NCBI GenBank assembly: GCA_050084985.1
Contig: JBITNC010000002.1
Coordinates: 8,494,001 to 8,558,000, forward strand
DNA: 64,000 nucleotides
Direction: 5' to 3'
Origin: Nageia nagi
Lineage: Eukaryota > Plantae > Pinophyta
The notes beneath the pieces are model-generated. The model had not been told where the DNA came from, did not search any database, and worked only from the letters and a program-made list of their open reading frames with translations. The translations under genes were made by a program, and so were the position numbers. This document shows, in pieces, positions 40,526 to 54,026 of the stretch (position 1 is the stretch's first letter; every line of letters starts with the position of its first letter).

Positions 40526-41565
40526 CCTTTATTATTCTTTTTGCAATACATATAATTTTTATTAATTTGTTGATATCTTTCCTTTATTTGGCCTGAATAC
40601 CAATGCATAAAATATAATGAAATTTTCAAATTAATTACATTCAATTTATTTTTTCAATGCATCACCTTCTTTGGACTAGCTATCAACATAAGGAGATATT
40701 AATGCAAACCAATTTAATTAGCACATTCCAAATAAAATCATGAAAACCAAATTATCAAATAATTTTAATAATAACCCTTTCCTTTTTATTAATTGCCAAA
40801 TGGTTATATAATAAAAGCTTTTAACTTTACTAAGCATCTAAGATATCATTATTCATAAACAAGGTCTTGTATGCAAAATGCAACTATTTACATTTAACAT
40901 GAAATGTAATTTTTACAAACATCATATAGTCATGCCCGAACATTGGGGTCTTAAACCATATCTTTTAATAAAAATCATGAAGAATTAATTAGGTCCTTAA
41001 TTAGAGTTATCAAAATGGGCCATGACATGCTCTTCCTTAGGATGATAGTAAAAAATGGTCATGTTCAACTCCCCTCCTTATAGGTGAAGAAATTTCTAAA
41101 AGTGCTCATGCAATGCAAATTTCTTCATTTTCAAACCATTTCTTCATGGAATATATTGATTTTACAAGTCAATAATTTCAATGACTCTACTTGCACACCT
41201 CATCTTAGAACACTTTATTATCTTACACAAAAATATACAAAAGAACATGAGAAATAATATTAACCATATCAATAGAATCAAAATAAGACAACAAAAACCA
41301 AAAATAAAACATTTCTAACTTGATAAAGAAAAAAAATGCTAACTTTAAATAGGTGTTAATTTCAACATACCACATATAAAGAGAAAAAAGCAAGAGGGTC
41401 CAAGAATAATATGCTATCAATAAAGCAAAGATACACCCCCAAACATAATGCACTTTTTGATAATTATGCAAAAAAAAAAAACACAATTTATTCAAGTGGA
41501 AAAATAGAAGGGACATATTTGATGACTATTTGGGAATGTAAATCATTATCCACTCACATCATATG

Positions 41566-41667
41566 CATGTGAATCAGTTCTTAATTTACCAATCATAAGT
41601 TTCTTTTTGGAGATTATTAATTTCAAAAAGAAACTTGTGATTGTTAAACTAAGAACTAATTCACATG
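41566..41667. repeat. ~100-bp fold-back inverted repeat
   Basis: Left arm CATGTGAATCAGTTCTTAATTTACCAATCATAAGTTTCTTTTTG vs reverse complement of right arm CATGTGAATTAGTTCTTAGTTTAACAATCACAAGTTTCTTTTTG: 40/44 match, short central loop. Confidence 0.9.
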
Positions 41668-41669
41668 AA

Positions 41670-43760
41670 CTTTGTAGTGAAACTAGTGCCCCATCACCCT
41701 TTTGAATGTTAGTTATAATATTGTTTCCAAATCTCTCACTTTATGTCTTAGGCCCATCTTTCCTAGCATAATTCGTCTGAAGCAAACCAACTTCATACAA
41801 AATCCTTACATTTTGGACAATGTCATAACTATGTGGGAAGGCATATAATGGACATGATCCTCTAATCAACATGCCCTCTTCATTAAATTGTATTTTGAGA
41901 AATCCTATGATGATATTTAATGAGTGTTCATTCTTTCTATGTTAAAGGATTTAGGGTTTGGTACCTAATTTGTTAGCATAGTTCAAATATTTTTCCATGA
42001 TACTTATGTAGTTCTTTCTTTTAATAGTAACCAAACATAAGCTATTAGGCTTCACCACTCTATCAAGAATGGTTTTCTTTTAGTCCCTCCCCTCACTCTA
42101 TGTGTTAGCAACATAAGAATTTGGTTACCTATTAGCTAAACATCCCTTTGATGGTAAAATTTGAGGGATCTATCTATCGAAAAACCAAGGACATCCCATT
42201 AATGGTAATGTTATCGATGATTCATTTCTAACCATTCAAGAGGAGGAGCAATTTGTATAAAAGGCATTTGATTATCTTAACACATTTTGGAAAGCTTTCG
42301 ACTCTAGTTAGTAGAAGAAGATATCTTGCTATAGGCAATCTCCCTTGCCCATGCCGACATAGCTTTCCCAATTCCATTAAAACTAGATTCTTCCTAGAGA
42401 ATTCTTCAAATTCCTTGGAATTATATTTGCATTCCATGAGTCTCCTTACTAGCTATGTAATTATTTCATAAGCAAGGTAGAAAATAAAAACTTGATTATT
42501 GTAATTCTAAAAAACTTCCTTTGGTTGGAAAGTTTCAAATTTGTTATAAAATCCTTGCCTTCACTCATGCTTATTATTCCTTATGTTGGGTTTCTTCACA
42601 AGCTTGTAATAACAAGCTAGAAAAACTCTTATGAGACTTCTTATGGAACAACCACTTAAAGAAAAAAGGATTTCACTGGGTTACATCGCATACTTGTTGC
42701 CTCTTTAGGGAGTTGGCTGGCATGGGTCTATTAGACTACAAATACCAAGGGATGGCTCTTCGTGCCAAATGGATATCCAAGCCCTTAAAGGTTTAGAAGC
42801 ATGAAATATTTTAATTCAACATTATATCTCTACTAAATTACCTCTAAATCAAAAATATTGGAAGGCTTTGGACTTCCCTTCCATTATTAATCTCCCTAAT
42901 GTTTGTTAAAATTCTAGGCTCCTTTGTAAGTAAGAGAATATAGAAAGCTTAGCAGTAGTTGGTGCTCTAAATTAAGTGGAAAGGAAGTAAGTTCCATTAA
43001 GAACTTGCCATTAACAAGTTCAATGTTTGGTGATCCTCTCTATTTCAAAAGGCATATTTCTAACCTAAGTTCAATGGGTCCATGTTTGCAAGTTCTTTAA
43101 TAGAAGCATTGCTACCATTACTTATGATAGTGTGCATTATTAGAAACCATGGTGGAAGGATTTGGCATGGCATGTTGATACCCCTTGCTCAATTATAGAG
43201 CATCTTTGGGCTATAATTAACTTTTTCCAGCAATGCTACAATGCCACAACTCAATGAGAAATGGGATTTTGTTTCTAGACATACTCATTGGAAACAACAT
43301 TTTGCAACAACATGGACCTCTTACCTTAAGCCTAAAAAATCCTCTTTTTTTTTAGAGTCAATCTCCCACTAGGGACTCACCTTAAATATTTAAGAGTTAT
43401 TGATCCCTATTGTGCATTCTATAATGAACTAGAGTCATACATGCATATTTTTTTGGTCATGCAAAAGGTTTGTGTCTATATGGGAGTGGGTGTTGTCCCT
43501 TTTAGGGGATTCTTTCACCCCCACTTTACCCTTATAGAATGTGTATTAGATTTTTTGTATCACTTTGATTTTTAACATATGGAAATCTAGGAACAAAATT
43601 ATTTTTCAAGATGCTAATCCCTCCATAGAATTTTCTCTATTTGATAAAATAAAGTTTTTATTTGATGTTTGGTTACAAATTATTGATCAAGCATATAAGG
43701 TGGAGCTCAACCTTGTACACCTCTACATACTCTTAGAATACTAGGTCAATAGTCCATGTA
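41670..43760 (+). mobile_element. 5'-truncated, degenerate L1-type LINE ORF2 (RT plus C-terminal Zn knuckle)
   Basis: N*CPITLLNVSYNIVSK (cf. NWRPITLLN), KQTNFIQNPYILDN, FIKLYFEKSYD (cf. KLDFEKAYD), VIDDSFL (cf. FADD), QGMALRAKWI, a CxxC..HxxxxC relic at about 43410-43460, and IWKSRNKIIF. Confidence 0.8.
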
Positions 43761-44002
43761 TAGTTACCAAATTGCATCCTAGTAATGCTTTATAGGAGCA
43801 GTTGCGCTCCCACTCATGTCGATGTCCATCGTCACGCTCATGGGCATAGCGAGGTGCTCACACTTGGTCTTGTGCATATCCTCTAAGATAATGCTACAAT
43901 GACATAGGGTTAAGCTCCTCTCATCCTCATAGTGGATGGGATATGTCACCTCTTGTTGGGCTACTTGTGGTTTGGAATGCACCACCAATTACTTCTCCCC
44001 CA

Positions 44003-47000
44003 TGATGTACCTTCAAATGATCATAACTTTTGATCCGACTATTGGATCATCTTGAAATTTTAAGGAGAGCTAGATATGGATTTTCATGATTCGGTTGCCA
44101 CCTCCTCTAGGAGGGATGTCCCCAAATGGAAAGTTTTTTGATCGGCCTAAATCCATCATTTAGTGCTTCAAAATTAGCTTTTAGTGTTAGTTTTTAGGAT
44201 TTTCCAATAAGTAAACTTTAATATCTTTTACTGTAGAATTTATTTAGGAGAATAAATTGGGAAGTGGCTTATTCTGTGTTGACTAGGCTTGTATGCTAAG
44301 TTTGGTTGTAATCCGAGGAACTTTCTATTTTTAGAAACTTTCTATCTTTCTATCTTTAGAAAGTTTCTATTTTTAGTAATGTCCTAGTTTTTAGACTATT
44401 TGTTATTTTTGAGGGAGAGTCTCCTTCTTTCTATATTAGATATTGTAATAGACCTAAAAAAGGTATTATACATTTGGGAATGAGAAGAGGATTGTTTACA
44501 GGTTTTCTTCTATCTTAATACATTTATGTTATTAAAGCCCATTTTGTTGGTCTCTTGCAATTGAATTCACATCATCTGGTATTAGAGCAGGTGTGATATA
44601 GCTAGTGGAGGGAAGATTCCACCTAAAAGATAAGCTAGGGGTGTAGGGAGGAGTGTAGTCAGTGGCTATGCCCACATGAATAGGTAGATAGAGGATATAC
44701 ATGCAAAAATAGCATGGTTAACTAGTGCGATTAACTGTATGGGGGAGAGGAGTTCTCGTGCTCGCTCAAATCTTAGATCTAACAGTGAGAGCATATCTAG
44801 GGAAGATGTATTTGATGTTGAGGTGAAGGGAGAACTCCTACATCAAGAAGTAAGGCAATGCTTTGAGAATAGGCTAATCCAAGCCTTGGAAGGGATAAGA
44901 GGAAATCAAGATGGGATCAAGATCAAGGTTTTCGAGTATGCTAGTGGGTTGAAACCAAAGGAGTTGATCGATTGGGTAAATAGCATGAATAAATACTTTA
45001 AATGGGGTAATCTAGTTGAGGATAAGAAGGTGAAGCTTGCATGCACAAAGTTAAAAGGGTATGCATTGATTTGGTGGGATCATTTGCAGGCTTCATGACA
45101 AAGAAAGGGAAAAGAGAAGATCAGGGCTTGGGCCAAGATGAAGAAGAAGTTACAAGAGAAATTTATTCCTATAGATTATTCCCAAACCTTATTTTGTAAA
45201 TTCCAAAATCTTTGATAGAGAGAACATAGTGTTGAATATTACACTAACGAGTTCTACAAATTATCCATTCGAGTGGAGCATAATGAGACGGATGAGCAGA
45301 GAGCTGCAAGGTATGTGAATGGCCTAAGTTTTTCTATTCAAGATGAGATAAGTATGCATCATACTCATACTATAGAAGATGCCTATCAAATGGCCTTGAG
45401 AGCCAAGGAGAAGCTTAAGAGGGTTAACAAAGGGGGAAAGAAAGGATCAACACCCTCTTCAAATTGAGGGAATGGTGGATCTAATTTCTCCAAAGGAGAA
45501 TCATCAACATTTTCCAAAAAGGAGGATCAAGCAGGACAAGGTCAAGATACCTCCCAAACAGGAAGAGGGTATCTCAGAGGAAGAGGGAATGGTGGAGGAA
45601 GGATAGGGACTAGACCATGGAAGCCATTCATCTATTATAGATGTGGAGAGGAAGGTCATAAAGCATTTGACTACCCTCAGTATGATGCAAAAGAAAGGGG
45701 ACAAGTTGAAGAAGAGGAAGAGAATGAGATAGAAGTCACTATAGATATGGTTGAGATCCTCATGATATAAAGAACCCTCATTATTCCAAATAAGGTAAGC
45801 ATGCAAGAAGAAGATGATGGAGATTCTTGGTTGTGTAATAATATTTTTTGCACAAGATGCACCTCAGGAGGAAAGGTATGTAACATGCTCATTGATGGGG
45901 TAGTTGTGAAAATTTGGTATCTAATATCATGGTTGATAAATTAAATCTTAAATGTGAAAAACATCTAAACCCCTATTGTGTTTCATGGATTAAGAAAAAA
46001 AATATAGTAACCATTGACAAAAGGTGTTTGGTCAACTTCTCAATTGGGAAATCTTATAATATGATAGGATGCATGTCACATTTTGTTGGGGAGACCTTGG
46101 CCATATGATAGGGATTCTGATCATAATGGTAGAAAGAGTACTCACACATTTTGGAAGGATGGTGTGAAGGTGGTTCTTATGGCTTCAAAGGAGGATGGAC
46201 CAAGCAAGAGCTTGTTGGCAATGAAGGATTTTCTTGTAGCAATTAAGAAAGTTAGCTTCCATTATGCCTTAATAGCTAGGAAGCTAGAAATAGAGGAAGT
46301 GGTTATACCTAGAGTAGCAACTCAGTTGCTAAAAGAATATGAAGATATCACACTAGAGGAGTTGACAGATGGGTTACCACTAATGAGGGATATCCAACAT
46401 CACATGGATTTGATCCCAAGATCAGCACTTCCAAATCAAGCAGCTTATCGATTGCACCTAACATAAAATGCAAAGTTGAATAGGTAAGTGATGGATTTGA
46501 TAAAGAAGGGCTTAGTCAGGGAGAGTATGAGTCCATGTGTGACTCTAGGATTGCTAACCCCAAAGAAATATGGTTTATGGAGGATGTGTGTGGATAGTAG
46601 AGCCATAAACAAGATCATAATAAAGTATCAATACCCTATGCCAAGAGTGGATGACATGATGGATGGATTGGTTGGAGCAAAATACTTCAATAAAATTGAT
46701 CTATGGAGTGGTTACTACCAGATCAAAATTTGAGAAGGTGATGAATGGAAGATAGCTTTTAAGACAAAAGATGGGTTGTATGAGTGAATAGTGATGCAAC
46801 TAGTATATTTATGAGATTGATGAATAGAGTACTACGAGAATATAATGGTAAGTTTGTAGTTATGTATTTTAATGATATCTTGATTTATAGTAAAAGTGAA
46901 GAAGAGCATTTGCTACTTCTAAAATTAGTGTTAGATGCACTTAAGAAGGAGAAACTATATGTCAATTTAAAGAATTATAGATTTCTTCAAGATAGTTTAG

Positions 47001-49627
47001 TGTTTTTGGGATTTGTAATCTCTAGAGATGGCATGAGTATGGATGATGAAAAAGTGAAGGTAATTTTGGATTGGCCTATTTCATGAACTATAATAGAAGT
47101 AAGGAGCTTTCATGGCTTAGCTACCTTTTATAGAAAGTTCATCAGGAACTTCAGCAGTATAGCTGCCCCTATAACTGAGTGCAAAAAGGGGAAGGATTTT
47201 GTATGGACTAAGGTAGCAACTAAGAGTTTTTAAATATTGAAAAATAAGGTGTCATAAGCCCCTATTTTGGTGTTACTAGATTTCAATAAGATATTTAAGG
47301 TTGATTGTGATGCCTTGTTTGTTGGTATTGGTGGTGTATTGAGTCAGGAAGGTCGACTAGTAGCATTTTTCAGTGAGAAGCTAAATGATCCAAGGAAGAA
47401 TTACTCTACATATGATGTGGATTGTTATGCAATTATGAAAGCATTGTAGCATTGGAGGCACTACTTAATCTCAAAGGAGTTTGTGATGTTTATTAATCAT
47501 GAAGCATTGAGGTATGTCAACTCTAAAAAAAAGTTAAACAATAGACATGCTAAATGGGTTTCATTTTTGCAACAATATACATTTATCCTGCAATACAAAT
47601 CTGGTAAGCAAGATAAGGTTGCTGATGCATTAAGTAGGAGAGTCTTGTTGCTAACCACTATGGATAATGTAGTGGTGGGATTTGAGGGAATAAAAAATAT
47701 GTATGAATCTAATGCTGATTTTGAGAATATTATGAGAAAGTGTACAAGTGCAATAGAAGGTGAGTCCCATCCAATTTTTGAAGAATATTTTTTTTAGAAT
47801 GGTTACTTATTTAAGGGTACTCAATTATGCATTCCCAATGGCTCTATGAGAAAGAACATCTTGCGAGAATTACATAATAGTTTTTCATTTTGGAGTAGCC
47901 AAAACTACGACTCTTATAGAGGAGAAGTATTATTAGCCAAAGATGAAAAGAGACATAATCAGGTTTGTCTCTAGATGTAGAGTGTTCCAAATGGTTAAAG
48001 GACATGCACAAAATATAGGGTTGTATATGCCACTACCAATTCCTAAGGCCCATGGATCAATCTGAGTATGGATTTTGTATTGGGATTGCCCAAGACACAA
48101 TGAGGTTATGCGGTTGCATGGTGTCCCAAAGACTATTACTTCTAATTAAGATACTAAGTTCTTGGGTCATTTTTGGAGGACATTATGGAAGAAGTTAAAT
48201 ACTAGGCTACAGTTTAGTAGTGCTTACCATCCACAAATTGATGGGCAAATAGATGTAGTGAACACAAGCTTGGGAAACCTCTTACAGTGCATAGTTGGGG
48301 AAAAGCCAAAATAATCGAATTTTGCCTTATCACAAGCTAAATTTGTATATAATAGCTCAATGGATAGGTCAATAGGAAACTATCCTTTTCAAATTATTTA
48401 TGGACAAAATCCTAGAGGTGTATTAGATCTAGTTGAGTTACCAATGGGGGACTAAGTTAGCGATGATGCAGAAGCATTTGTTGAGCATATCCAAAAAGTG
48501 CAATAATCAATGAAAGAAAAACTACATAATAGTAATGCTCACTATAAAGAGGTTGTTGATGCACATAGAAGGATAAAAGTGTTTAAAGAGGGTGATATGG
48601 TGATGGTTCATCTCAAAAAAGAATGATTTCCTAAAGGGCAGTATAACAAATTGAAATTTAAGAAAATTGGACCCTGCAAGATTTTGAACAAGATCAATGA
48701 CAATGCCTATAAAGTGGAGTTACCTAATGAATTTGCTATTTCACCTATTTTTAATGTTTTTGATTTATTTCAGTATCAAGGTACTATTGAGGATGGCGAT
48801 CTACAAGATTTAGTAAATTGGGTACCACAGATGCCTAAGAAGAAGAAGGATAGAGTTGCACAAATACTTGATAAGAAGGTGATCACCACCAGACATGGGA
48901 ACTACAATAGATACCTAGTTCAGTGGGAAGGATTACTCCAGTTTGATAACACTTGGGTTTTAGAGTCAAATCTAAAAAACAATTGATAACCAAAAGCTAT
49001 AGGATTTCATTTCAATTGAACTCACAGGAGCTGAGTTTCTTTTACTAAAGGATAATGATGTACCTTCAAATGATCATAACTTTTGATCTGACTATTGGAT
49101 CATCTTGAAATTTTGAGGAGAGCTAGACATGGGTTTTCATGATTCAACTAACACCTCCTCTAAGACGGATGTCCCCAAATGGAAAGTTTTTTTATCAACC
49201 TAAATCCATCATTTAGTGCTTCAAAATTAGCTTTTAGTGTTAGTTTTTAGGATTTTCCAATAAGTAAACTTTAATATCTTTTATTGTAGAATTTATTTAG
49301 GAGAATAAATTGGGAAGCAGCTTAGTCTGTGTTGACTAGGCTTGTATGCTAAGTTTGGTTGTAATCCAAGGAACTTTCTATATTTAGAAACTTTCTATCT
49401 TTCTATCTTTAGAAAGTTTCTATTTTTAGTAATGTCCTAGTTTTTAGATTGTTTGTTATTTTTGAGGGAGAGTCTCCTTCTTTCTATATTAGCTATTGTA
49501 ATAGACCTAAAAAAGGTATTGTGAATTCGGGAATGAAAAGAGGATTATTTACAAGTTTTCTTCTATCTTAATACATTTATGTTATTGGAGCCTATTATGT
49601 TGGTCTCTTGCAACTAAATTCACATCA
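44003..49627 (+). mobile_element. Full-length degenerate CRM-clade Ty3/gypsy element with C-terminal chromodomain
   Basis: 572-bp LTRs at 44003-44574 and 49056-49627 with TGATG...CATCA termini; perfect TSD CCCCA; PBS TGGTATTAGAGC at 44577. gag (KVKLACTKLKGYALIWW), PR (LIDG), RT ([21 protein letters not shown]), RH (VDCDA), INT and chromodomain ([17 protein letters not shown]). LTRs are about 94% identical by eye. Confidence 0.95.
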
Positions 49628-50329
49628 CCCCAGATCAACGAGGATGGTCCCAGCTTTTGTCTCCTTCTCAACAAGTCAATATATGGGGAGATGAGAAAAT
49701 AAAATAAGATAGTCCCTTCAAGGCTAATGAGGATTGGGACCTTCATCCCATTCCATCCAATGAATGGCATTGCATGGTTACTTTGGATGTGCCCCCCACA
49801 AACTCTTCACATGATGTGAATTAGTGTTTATTCTAGCTCGATAATTTGGTGTGTTAATGTTTTATGTTTATAGTTCTTAACCCAACTCTAGGGTTGATTT
49901 GACTATATTGTTACCTAACCTAAGGTTAAGGTTAAATGTTAACCATTTGAAGTGTGCCTTTTACAACCTACAAACTTCTTTTTGATTATAAACTTTTTTA
50001 ATAATTAAATTACATTATATATAATATATATAAACATCAAAAGATATCATTCTCGAAACATCTATTTTAAATATTTTTATATATTTATACTTTACATAAA
50101 ATATTATTAAATAAAAATATTAAAAAACTAAAAAATATAATAAATATTATAAAATAATAATTAAATATAAAATAAAAATTAAACCAAAAAAATTGTAAAT
50201 CATTTTTTTTTATTTTTATTATGTCATAATACATTCCCTCTTTGAGCCTTTTTGGCTCAATTTTTTATCACACAGCTGATAGATGTGTAGAATCACTAAC
50301 CGTGATTAAAATGATATCAACCCTGCACA

Positions 50330-50600
50330 TCACTGACCAAAGATCTTACAACCACCATCCTTTATGGAAATCAAATTTCTTGCATCATACATCTTATCAA
50401 ATAATTTATGTACCTTAAATACATTCCACATTTTGCATACATGACAACTAGGGCATTCATAGCCATATTTTGCATACATGTCAACTAGGGAATTAGCATT
50501 CACAACCATAACATTTGACAAAAAGTATTTCATCTATGTATAAAACTTATTTTGGCATCATGCATCTTGTCAAATAACTAACAAGCCCTTTCAATATCAA
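50330..50600 (-). pseudogene. PPR motif fragments
   Basis: ANSLVDMYAKYG, LVVMYAKCG, KVHKLFDKMYDA and LFDKMHDA on the minus strand. Confidence 0.7.
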
Positions 50601-50618
50601 AAATAGCACACATTTTTA

Positions 50619-51110
50619 AGTAGCCACAAAGGATGCTTGTTGTCCTTGTAGAGTTGTAGTTGTGTTTCTCTCCATCATTGGATTCAAAATAACAATGTTG
50701 GCATCTTTACGATGTGTTGGATTCACTATCAAAACATCATTTGTACTTGTAGTTGAATGATGGAGTGGCATTCAAAAATGATTGGATATATCATTTATTG
50801 CATTTTTTAACCTTTCAGTATTTAATTAATGAGTTGCATCCTTACAATGTGTTGGATTCACTACCAACACATCGTAATATTGCTTATTTTTTGGTAGCCA
50901 TGAAATATGCCCATTGTCCTTGCAGAGTTACAGTTGTGTTTCTCTCCATCGTTGGATTCAAAGCAACAATGTTGGCATCCTTATGATGTGTTGGATTCAC
51001 TGTTGATACATCATTTGTACTTGTAGTTGAGCGATGAAGCAGCATCCAAAAATTATTAGATATATCATTTATTACATTTTGGCCACCCTTCACTATTTAC
51101 TTAATGCATT
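50619..51110. repeat. ~274-bp tandem duplication of unknown, possibly coding sequence
   Basis: 50619-50830 aligns with 50892-51105, e.g. GTTGTGTTTCTCTCCATC(A/G)TTGGATTCAAA. Confidence 0.85.
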
Positions 51111-51734
51111 GATATTTATTTGCTTCTCATCTAGCATCTAAAGGGAAGAGCCGACCATAGAAATCCATAGGAATAGTTAACCACAGGATTCAGGAAGCAC
51201 CAAACCAACACCAAAATAGAACTACTAGTATAGCATAATTCCCTACATAATACCATAATTCATTTGTAATTTTACTTGTTCTTATCCTTCTTAAAATGTT
51301 TCGTACTTTGTTTTTCACCTAGCTTCATATGTCATTATAGTTACAAAAACCAAATAGTATCACCACTACTACTAAAAATGCATTGTTCAACATAACATTC
51401 CTCTAGCTTACGGATTTACAATAACTCCACCTATACTCATAGAAAATAAAAAAAATTATTAATCAAATGGACATTGTATAATGAATAGGGAATTTTTTTA
51501 AATGATTTATTATAGCTTTTTTCAAAATTTATCAACCTTAATCGTATAGTTATGATTCAATAACAGTTACTTTCTTTGACTCTTTATCACTACATTTAAA
51601 TTCCAATGACTCCAAAATAATAATAGTACAGTAGACTCCTTATTTAAAGTAAGCAAACAAAAATATATATATCTAGTTGTTATATTCAATTATTGTGTAC
51701 AAGTATATATCTTCCACCTTGTATAAGGTAACCA

Positions 51735-53540
51735 ATGGTTGATTTAACTATATATGCCATTGCAAGTATACTTGTAGGCATGAATAGTCTTCAACCCTCT
51801 TTACAAGTAACATCTATGTAAACAATCAACCAATAATCTTATACAAATGTTAGGCATCGACTACAACTATCTGATGGTTCACATAGCCACCTAGCCTTGC
51901 TTCTAGATCAATACAATAATCTTATTTCAGAAAAAACTTTGGACAAAGGAAGTATTGTTTGCATACAAAAATACAATTCCAAGATATTTAATAACTATAC
52001 GTATGTTCAACAAAACATACTCCTTCAAATTGTCATTTTTTCATGTACAACTTTTGACACATGTTATTTGTTTGTAGAGCTATTGTAATTGCTTGATGAA
52101 ATATACTTGCAAACAATGTCCCACTTATTAGAACTCTAACACCTCTCCTACAAGCTACAGGTTATCTTCCATTAAGTAGCTCCCATGACTACTTGGATTA
52201 TTCTCAATCTTCATATGCTTCATCATAAGAGGAAAGCATTTGCAGTGAACAACACAATAGAACACCTTTAAGACTATATTCCATTAAGACATTAGCCCTA
52301 GATATGATGGAATGGTCAATTGAAGGAAGAGTAATGGAAAAGTTAGTAATTCATGAATCTCATAATGCCATAGGTCATAGTAAACTATTCGGGTTCGAAT
52401 TCATTGATAAAGAAGAATTTGAGATACATATCACCTACTTCAATCAATTCATTTGCCAATTCTATGATATTGTAAATTCAAATAATATTTGCAATGGTCA
52501 AGTTAAATTAGCCAACCCAAGGTATAATACTTCAATAAATCCTTTTGAAATAATATTACAAACCTCATCAACAATAACCCCATCCAACTATGTTGAAAGT
52601 ACGATACCAACATACACCTACCATATCAAAAACATAGATTTAGTAGGCTCTTTACTGAATCATGTCATAGTGGATGTCATTAGCATTCTTGTAACAATTA
52701 CTATAGCATCAACTATTCATAAAACATATGGCACATAAGTAAAAAAAATGCACAACTACAATTATGTAAACTTCTACTTTTACCATTGATGCTACATTCT
52801 AAGGCCTTCATTGTGAAATCAAAGGAAAGCAAGTATCAGAAATGCCTCTACAACTAGATAATCCAATCTTCCTTATCAAATCTAGACGTATCACTTGCTG
52901 GTGTAGAAAATCTATAGAAATAATATTTTCAACTATAATCCTCATAAATCCATATTTTCTAGAAGCTATTGGAATATAAGCATGGTACTCTAGTATGGGA
53001 AATGATCAATGCCTTCTTGTTATCTCAACCAATCTCTTTTCTCCAATGGCATTTGTAAATCCAATTACCATTGCCACTATTCTTGAAATAATTTATCTTG
53101 ACAAAGCCAATGCTTACATCAAAGCCATTATTAAAAAACTCCATCTAGATTATTTTTACTACCTGTCTTGACCTCCGTTAAATGACAACAAAAAATGTAA
53201 AAAAATATTTCATAAAAACCACCAATATGTATCAGTGTCCCAAATGTTCTGGAGAACTTTTCAAATCTGACTTCAGCTACAAACTAAATATGGATTTGTA
53301 GGATCATACAAGTGAACTTAATTATTAAGGTTACAACATTTTAAGGAGAAACAACAACCTTGTTGGGTGTCAATGCTAAAAATTTTCAAATTTTATTAAC
53401 AGAAGCAAATGCTACACAACACATCTTGGAGAAAATTATCAACTGTTAGTTTCTTTGTCATTTATTCATCAAGGTGGATCAATATCATGGCAAGCTAGTA
53501 GAAAGCAATGTTATTACATGAATTAAGTATATATAAAGTT
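51735..53540 (+). pseudogene. RPA70 (replication protein A large subunit)-like gene, degenerate, probably Helitron-borne
   Basis: RPA70N: MVDLTIYAIASIL..QPSLQV..RHRLQLSDGS..LLDQYNNLI..LDKGSIV. GT-AG intron at 52001-52077. DBD-A/B: WSIEGRVMEK..KLFGFEFID..EIHITYFN..VKLANPRY..VIVDVISI. DBD-C Zn site: FYYLS*P..KKCKK..YQCPKC at about 53150-53250. Confidence 0.85.
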
Positions 53541-54026
53541 GCTTCTTTTATCAACATGTATATGTTACATAATTTAGCAATACATTGAATACCCATTTTG
53601 TAAAGTCATCTAGCCACATGAGAAATACATTTCAAATATATCTCAAATAAGTTTTGTACATATAACTATTTATTTAAGCATAATGTTATGTTTTATGATG
53701 ATAAATAAATTTTACTTTTCTAGCTATTTTTGTTTGGAAATTAGAACCCATATATGATTTGAGCATATTTCATGCATTTCTCGATAGGAAAAATCTTTGC
53801 ACTTTATCTTGATTGTGATAATGGTACCATATTCTATGGTTGTCTTCACTATGTTATACATGATAAATTAGTTGTTCACTACTTGCTTGTTACATACATA
53901 CACATGATAACATAAAAAAAAAATACAACAAAAAATGTTATGTTCATTACTATTTAATGGCTCTTGAAAATCAAAATAACATAACTTGATGAATTAGTTG
54001 TTCACTAATATACAACATACCTTTTC

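Noticed and set aside
49875-49945. Interstitial telomeric repeat
   Set aside because: Only isolated TAGGGTT/AACCTA-like words and small palindromes; no tandem TTTAGGG array.
51735-53540. Functional host RPA1 gene
   Set aside because: Multiple stops and frameshifts, TE-like AT-rich decay, and adjacency to RepHel.
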